Program-made: the position numbers and the translations under genes
From: a virus
Virus record (IMG/VR): IMGVR_UViG_3300031111_000011
Coordinates: 1 to 64,000 of that record
Reading direction: 5' to 3' (one strand)
Length of the DNA: 64,000 nucleotides
In this document: positions 62,244 through 64,000 of the stretch, one piece after another
How the letters are laid out: each line of letters opens with the position of its first letter
Position numbering within the stretch: the stretch's first letter is position 1
Notes under the pieces: model-generated
The model's database searches: none
What the model saw: only the letters and a program-made list of their open reading frames with translations
Told to the model about the DNA's origin: nothing

Positions 62244-62318
62244 TGGCTCCAGAACCTGGACTCGAACCAGGATTTCAACGGTTAACAGCCGCGCGTGTTA
62301 CCTTGACACTATTCTGGA
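62244..62318 (-). tRNA. tRNA-Asn(GTT)
   Basis: Acceptor TCCAGAA/TTCTGGA, D-arm GTGT-CAAGGTA-ACAC, anticodon loop CTGTTAA, T-arm CCTGG-TTCGAGT-CCAGG, CCA. Confidence 0.7.
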
Positions 62319-62329
62319 GTGAGGAGAGA

Positions 62330-62406
62330 TGGTTGGAGCGAGAGGATTCGAACCCCCACTTAACGGGTTAAAAGCCCGTTGTGCTAACCGTTGACACTAC
62401 GCTCCA
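62330..62406 (-). tRNA. tRNA-Lys(TTT)
   Basis: Acceptor TGGAGCG/CGCTCCA, anticodon arm ACGGG-CTTTTAA-CCCGT, T-arm GGGGG-TTCGAAT-CCTCT. Confidence 0.75.
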
Positions 62407-62416
62407 ACAAAAAAGA

Positions 62417-62492
62417 TGGTCGCACCACCAGGACTCAAACCTGGGTCTGTCGCTTATCAGGCAACTGTTCTAATCTGTTGAACTATGGTGCA
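62417..62492 (-). tRNA. tRNA-Ile(GAT)
   Basis: D-arm GTTC...GAAC, anticodon arm GTTGC-CTGATAA-GCGAC, T-arm CCAGG-TTTGAGT-CCTGG. Confidence 0.75.
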
Positions 62493-62495
62493 ATG

Positions 62496-62569
62496 TGGCA
62501 CCCCGCTAAGGAATCGAACCCTACCAATGCACCGGGTTGGAACCGGGCCGCACCCATGTGCTGCGAGGT
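62496..62569 (-). tRNA. atypical tRNA (possible Trp-CCA) with truncated D-arm
   Basis: Acceptor ACCTCGC/GCGGGGT (1 G-U), T-arm TAGGG-TTCGATT-CCTTA, candidate anticodon loop TTCCAAC; D-region only CAC-ATGG-GTG. Confidence 0.4.
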
Positions 62570-62583
62570 GTGAGATGTAGAAA

Positions 62584-62659
62584 TGGGGTGAGCGGAGGGA
62601 ATCGAACCCTCTACAACAGGGCCACGACCTGTCGGCTCAACCTTTTGCTCTTCGCCCAC
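62584..62659 (-). tRNA. atypical tRNA (possible His-GTG) with short D-arm
   Basis: Acceptor GTGGGCG/CGCTCAC, T-arm GAGGG-TTCGATT-CCCTC, candidate anticodon arm ACAGG-TCGTGGC-CCTGT (C33); a 6-bp hairpin sits in the downstream spacer. Confidence 0.4.
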
Positions 62660-62696
62660 AGTTGGACCACTCACTAAGAGTGGCTCACCCCACGAA

Positions 62697-62796
62697 ATGG
62701 ACGATGACCGTGGGACTCGAACCCACGCTCCCAAGAGGTGTCTCCCGGCGATCAACCCGTAACTGCCCCCCAGTGTGTTATCCAGCTACACCAGAC
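62697..62796 (-). tRNA. ~100-nt tRNA-like gene with ~25-nt internal insertion (isotype undetermined)
   Basis: Acceptor CGATGTC/GTCATCG (6/7), family D-arm GTGT-AGCTGGATA-ACAC, T-arm GTGGG-TTCGAGT-CCCAC and encoded CCA, but the anticodon/variable region is ~25 nt too long. Confidence 0.4.
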
Positions 62797-62808
62797 ATCG
62801 ATATTTGT

Positions 62809-62883
62809 TGGTACTCCCTGATGGAATCGAACCACCCTCTACTGCTTGTAAGGCAGTCGTTATAGCCACTCTACTAAGGGAGT
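62809..62883 (-). tRNA. tRNA-Val(TAC)
   Basis: Acceptor ACTCCCT/AGGGAGT, anticodon arm ACTGC-CTTACAA-GCAGT, T-arm GGTGG-TTCGATT-CCATC, CCA. Confidence 0.75.
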
Positions 62884-62954
62884 ATGTGCCGGTGGCAGTG
62901 ATTAACGACCTTTGCTCTTATCATCGGGACGGTCATGCGAGGACCGGCAGAAAA

Positions 62955-63028
62955 TGGACTCCCTGAGAGGATTCGAACCTCCATCCAACGGTTCGTAGCC
63001 GAATGCTCATCCGTTGAGCTACAGGGAG
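62955..63028 (-). tRNA. tRNA-Arg(ACG)
   Basis: Acceptor CTCCCTG/CAGGGAG, D-arm GCTC-AACGGAT-GAGC, anticodon loop CTACGAA (3-bp stem + 2 mismatches), T-arm GGAGG-TTCGAAT-CCTCT. Confidence 0.6.
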
Positions 63029-63075
63029 TGAGTTGGTTTTGCCCTAAAAATAGGGGCGTTTTTGTGGCAAAACTA

Positions 63076-63151
63076 TGGTCTGCCTGGGAGGAGTCGAACC
63101 CCCTACTCTGGGGGTAGAAACCCCAAGCTCTGTCCGATGAGCTACAGGCAG
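63076..63151 (-). tRNA. tRNA-Arg(TCT)
   Basis: Acceptor CTGCCTG/CAGGCAG, D-arm GCTC-ATCGGACA-GAGC, anticodon arm TGGGG-TTTCTAC-CCCCA. Confidence 0.75.
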
Positions 63152-63156
63152 TGAAG

Positions 63157-63231
63157 TGGAGCCTCGTGGAGGACTTGAACCCCCGTCCCAAGCTTACAAG
63201 GCACGTATTCTACCAGTTGAACTAACGAGGC
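63157..63231 (-). tRNA. tRNA-Thr(TGT)
   Basis: Acceptor GCCTCGT/ACGAGGC, anticodon loop CTTGTAA, T-arm GGGGG-TTCAAGT-CCTCC, CCA. Confidence 0.7.
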
Positions 63232-63238
63232 AAAGAAG

Positions 63239-63312
63239 TGGAGCGGTCACCAGGAATCGAACCTGGATCTGCCATCGGGGAGACAGCTATGCTACCATTA
63301 CACCATGACTGC
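63239..63312 (-). tRNA. tRNA-Gly(CCC) (tentative)
   Basis: Acceptor GCAGTCA/TGACCGC (1 mismatch), D-arm TG-GTGT-AATGGTA-GCAT, anticodon arm GCTGT-CTCCCCG-ATGGC, T-arm CCAGG-TTCGATT-CCTGG. Confidence 0.55.
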
Positions 63313-63323
63313 TCAAAAATTGA

Positions 63324-63400
63324 TGGAGCGGATACAGGGACTCGAACCCTGACCATCTGGTTGGAAGCCAGATATGCTTGCCGTTGAACACCATACCCGC
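63324..63400 (-). tRNA. tRNA-Gly(TCC)
   Basis: Acceptor GCGGGTA/TATCCGC, anticodon arm TCTGG-CTTCCAA-CCAGA (perfect), T-arm CAGGG-TTCGAGT-CCCTG. Confidence 0.75.
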
Positions 63401-63404
63401 TCAG

Positions 63405-63488
63405 TGAGCCAAGGGGAGACTCGAACTCCCAAACCTTCCAGATCAGGGCCATGGTGACCTGGATATGCACCCTATACACCAGCTTGGC
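63405..63488 (-). tRNA. atypical tRNA-like gene with 17-nt anticodon-region loop (10-nt insertion)
   Basis: Acceptor GCCAAGC/CTTGGC, family D-arm TG-GTGT-ATAGGGT-GCAT, T-arm GGGAG-TTCGAGT-CTCCC; anticodon stem TCCAG/CTGGA closes a 17-nt loop containing CCATGGTGACC. Confidence 0.4.
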
Positions 63489-63496
63489 GTGTTCGA

Positions 63497-63572
63497 TGGT
63501 GGACCAAGAGGGACTCGAACCCTCAGCGTCCTCCTTGCAAGGGAGGAGTGTTCCCGATTACACCACCGGCCC
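63497..63572 (-). tRNA. tRNA-Ala(TGC)
   Basis: Acceptor GGGCCGG/TTGGTCC with G3:U70 Ala identity pair; anticodon arm CCTCC-CTTGCAA-GGAGG; T-arm GAGGG-TTCGAGT-CCCTC; CCA. Confidence 0.75.
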
Positions 63573-63661
63573 ACAGGACAGATTTCCTTTTTGACGTCTT
63601 GGGCCAGGAATACTGTCTAAGAACCCAATGGAACCACAGGGGTATCTCCCCATGGCGGTTT

Positions 63662-63735
63662 TGGCGGTCCATACGGGACTCGAACCCGTCTTGCATGATC
63701 GACAGTCACGCACCTTCCCTGATGGCTAATGGACC
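63662..63735 (-). tRNA. tRNA-Asp(GTC)
   Basis: Acceptor GGTCCAT/ATGGACC, anticodon arm CGTGA-CTGTCGA-TCATG, T-arm ACGGG-TTCGAGT-CCCGT, CCA. Confidence 0.65.
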
Positions 63736-64000
63736 GAAAATGTTACCCTGTGTAAAACTCCTCCGCGTTTCCATGGTCACCAGAGGAGAAAACCCGGTCG
63801 CACAGGGGTATCGAAGACTCCGGGTTTTGGCTTATGGCTCGACTCAGGGGAGTTTCACCCCCACACTCTATGGTCACTTTGTCTGACCAGGACCAGGGAC
63901 TTCCATTGGAGTGTTTAAGCAGTGAGCGGTCTTACGGTCATCCGCACTGCGAGTCGCATATGCTTGCTCTCCACTCATAGCGAGAATACTTACAACCATT

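Noticed and set aside
62874-63886. ORFs overlapping the tRNA array (62874-63191 minus, 63222-63479 minus, 63548-63886 plus)
   Set aside because: They are fully occupied by tRNA genes; open frames here are incidental.
1-64000. CRISPR array or single-subunit (T7-type) RNA polymerase gene
   Set aside because: No array of regularly spaced identical repeats was found, and no roughly 800-900-aa ORF with RNA polymerase motifs; if the phage has its own RNA polymerase it lies outside this window.

Overview
The window reads as most of a temperate T7-like podovirus genome with about 52% GC.

**Layout**
- 1-1540 is a non-coding, repeat-rich left region: a sigma70-like promoter, iteron-like direct repeats, strong hairpins and an ORF-free ~600 bp stretch closed by an intrinsic terminator.
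- 1542-34367 is a plus-strand block of about 90 tightly packed early and middle genes, many with ATGA/GTGA start-stop overlaps, ending in a terminator at 34373-34409.
- 34421-35940 holds a tyrosine integrase and a small coupled gene on the minus strand.
- 36261-62065 is a minus-strand structural and packaging operon.
- 62077-63735 is a minus-strand array of about 17 tRNA genes, several of them atypical.

**Plus-strand genes with a recognisable function**
- Regulators: a PAS/LuxR-type regulator and winged-helix-like proteins.
- Replication: T7 gp4-like primase, DnaB-like helicase, family-A DNA polymerase, SSB with a DDDIPY tail and a T7-type DNA ligase.
- DNA processing: a Cas4/RecB-like nuclease and T7 endonuclease I.
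- Nucleotide metabolism: dUTPase, class II ribonucleotide reductase and a HAD 5'-deoxynucleotidase.
- RNA repair: RtcB RNA ligase.
- NAD+ salvage: NAMPT plus NMNAT.
- Other named products: a nucleotidyltransferase of unknown role and a Bro-N/KilA-N protein.
- Membrane and lysis: an SPFH lipoprotein with a small TM partner, a type IV pilin-like mini-protein and a lytic transglycosylase.
- Many Cys-rich mini-proteins.

**Minus-strand structural operon, in transcription order**
TerS, TerL, a 978-aa repeat protein, the candidate portal, scaffold, major capsid protein, two tail tubular-like proteins (215 and 563 aa), a tail fibre, internal virion proteins including a 2235-aa giant, and candidate holin/lysis proteins.

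**Most interesting signals**
- A family of 8 copies of the 16-bp palindrome TTCTCA-N4-TGAGAA. Most sit between a terminator hairpin and the RBS of transcription-unit-leading genes.
- A promoter-terminator-palindrome-gene arrangement at 12795-12917 that looks like attenuation or antitermination.
- The RtcB + tRNA + nucleotidyltransferase theme, which suggests tRNA repair as counter-defence.
- tRNA-like genes with insertions or shortened D-arms.
- A 978-aa virion protein with 13 tandem 12-aa A-H-[IL]-L repeats, inserted between terminase and portal.

No single-subunit RNA polymerase or CRISPR array is present in the window.
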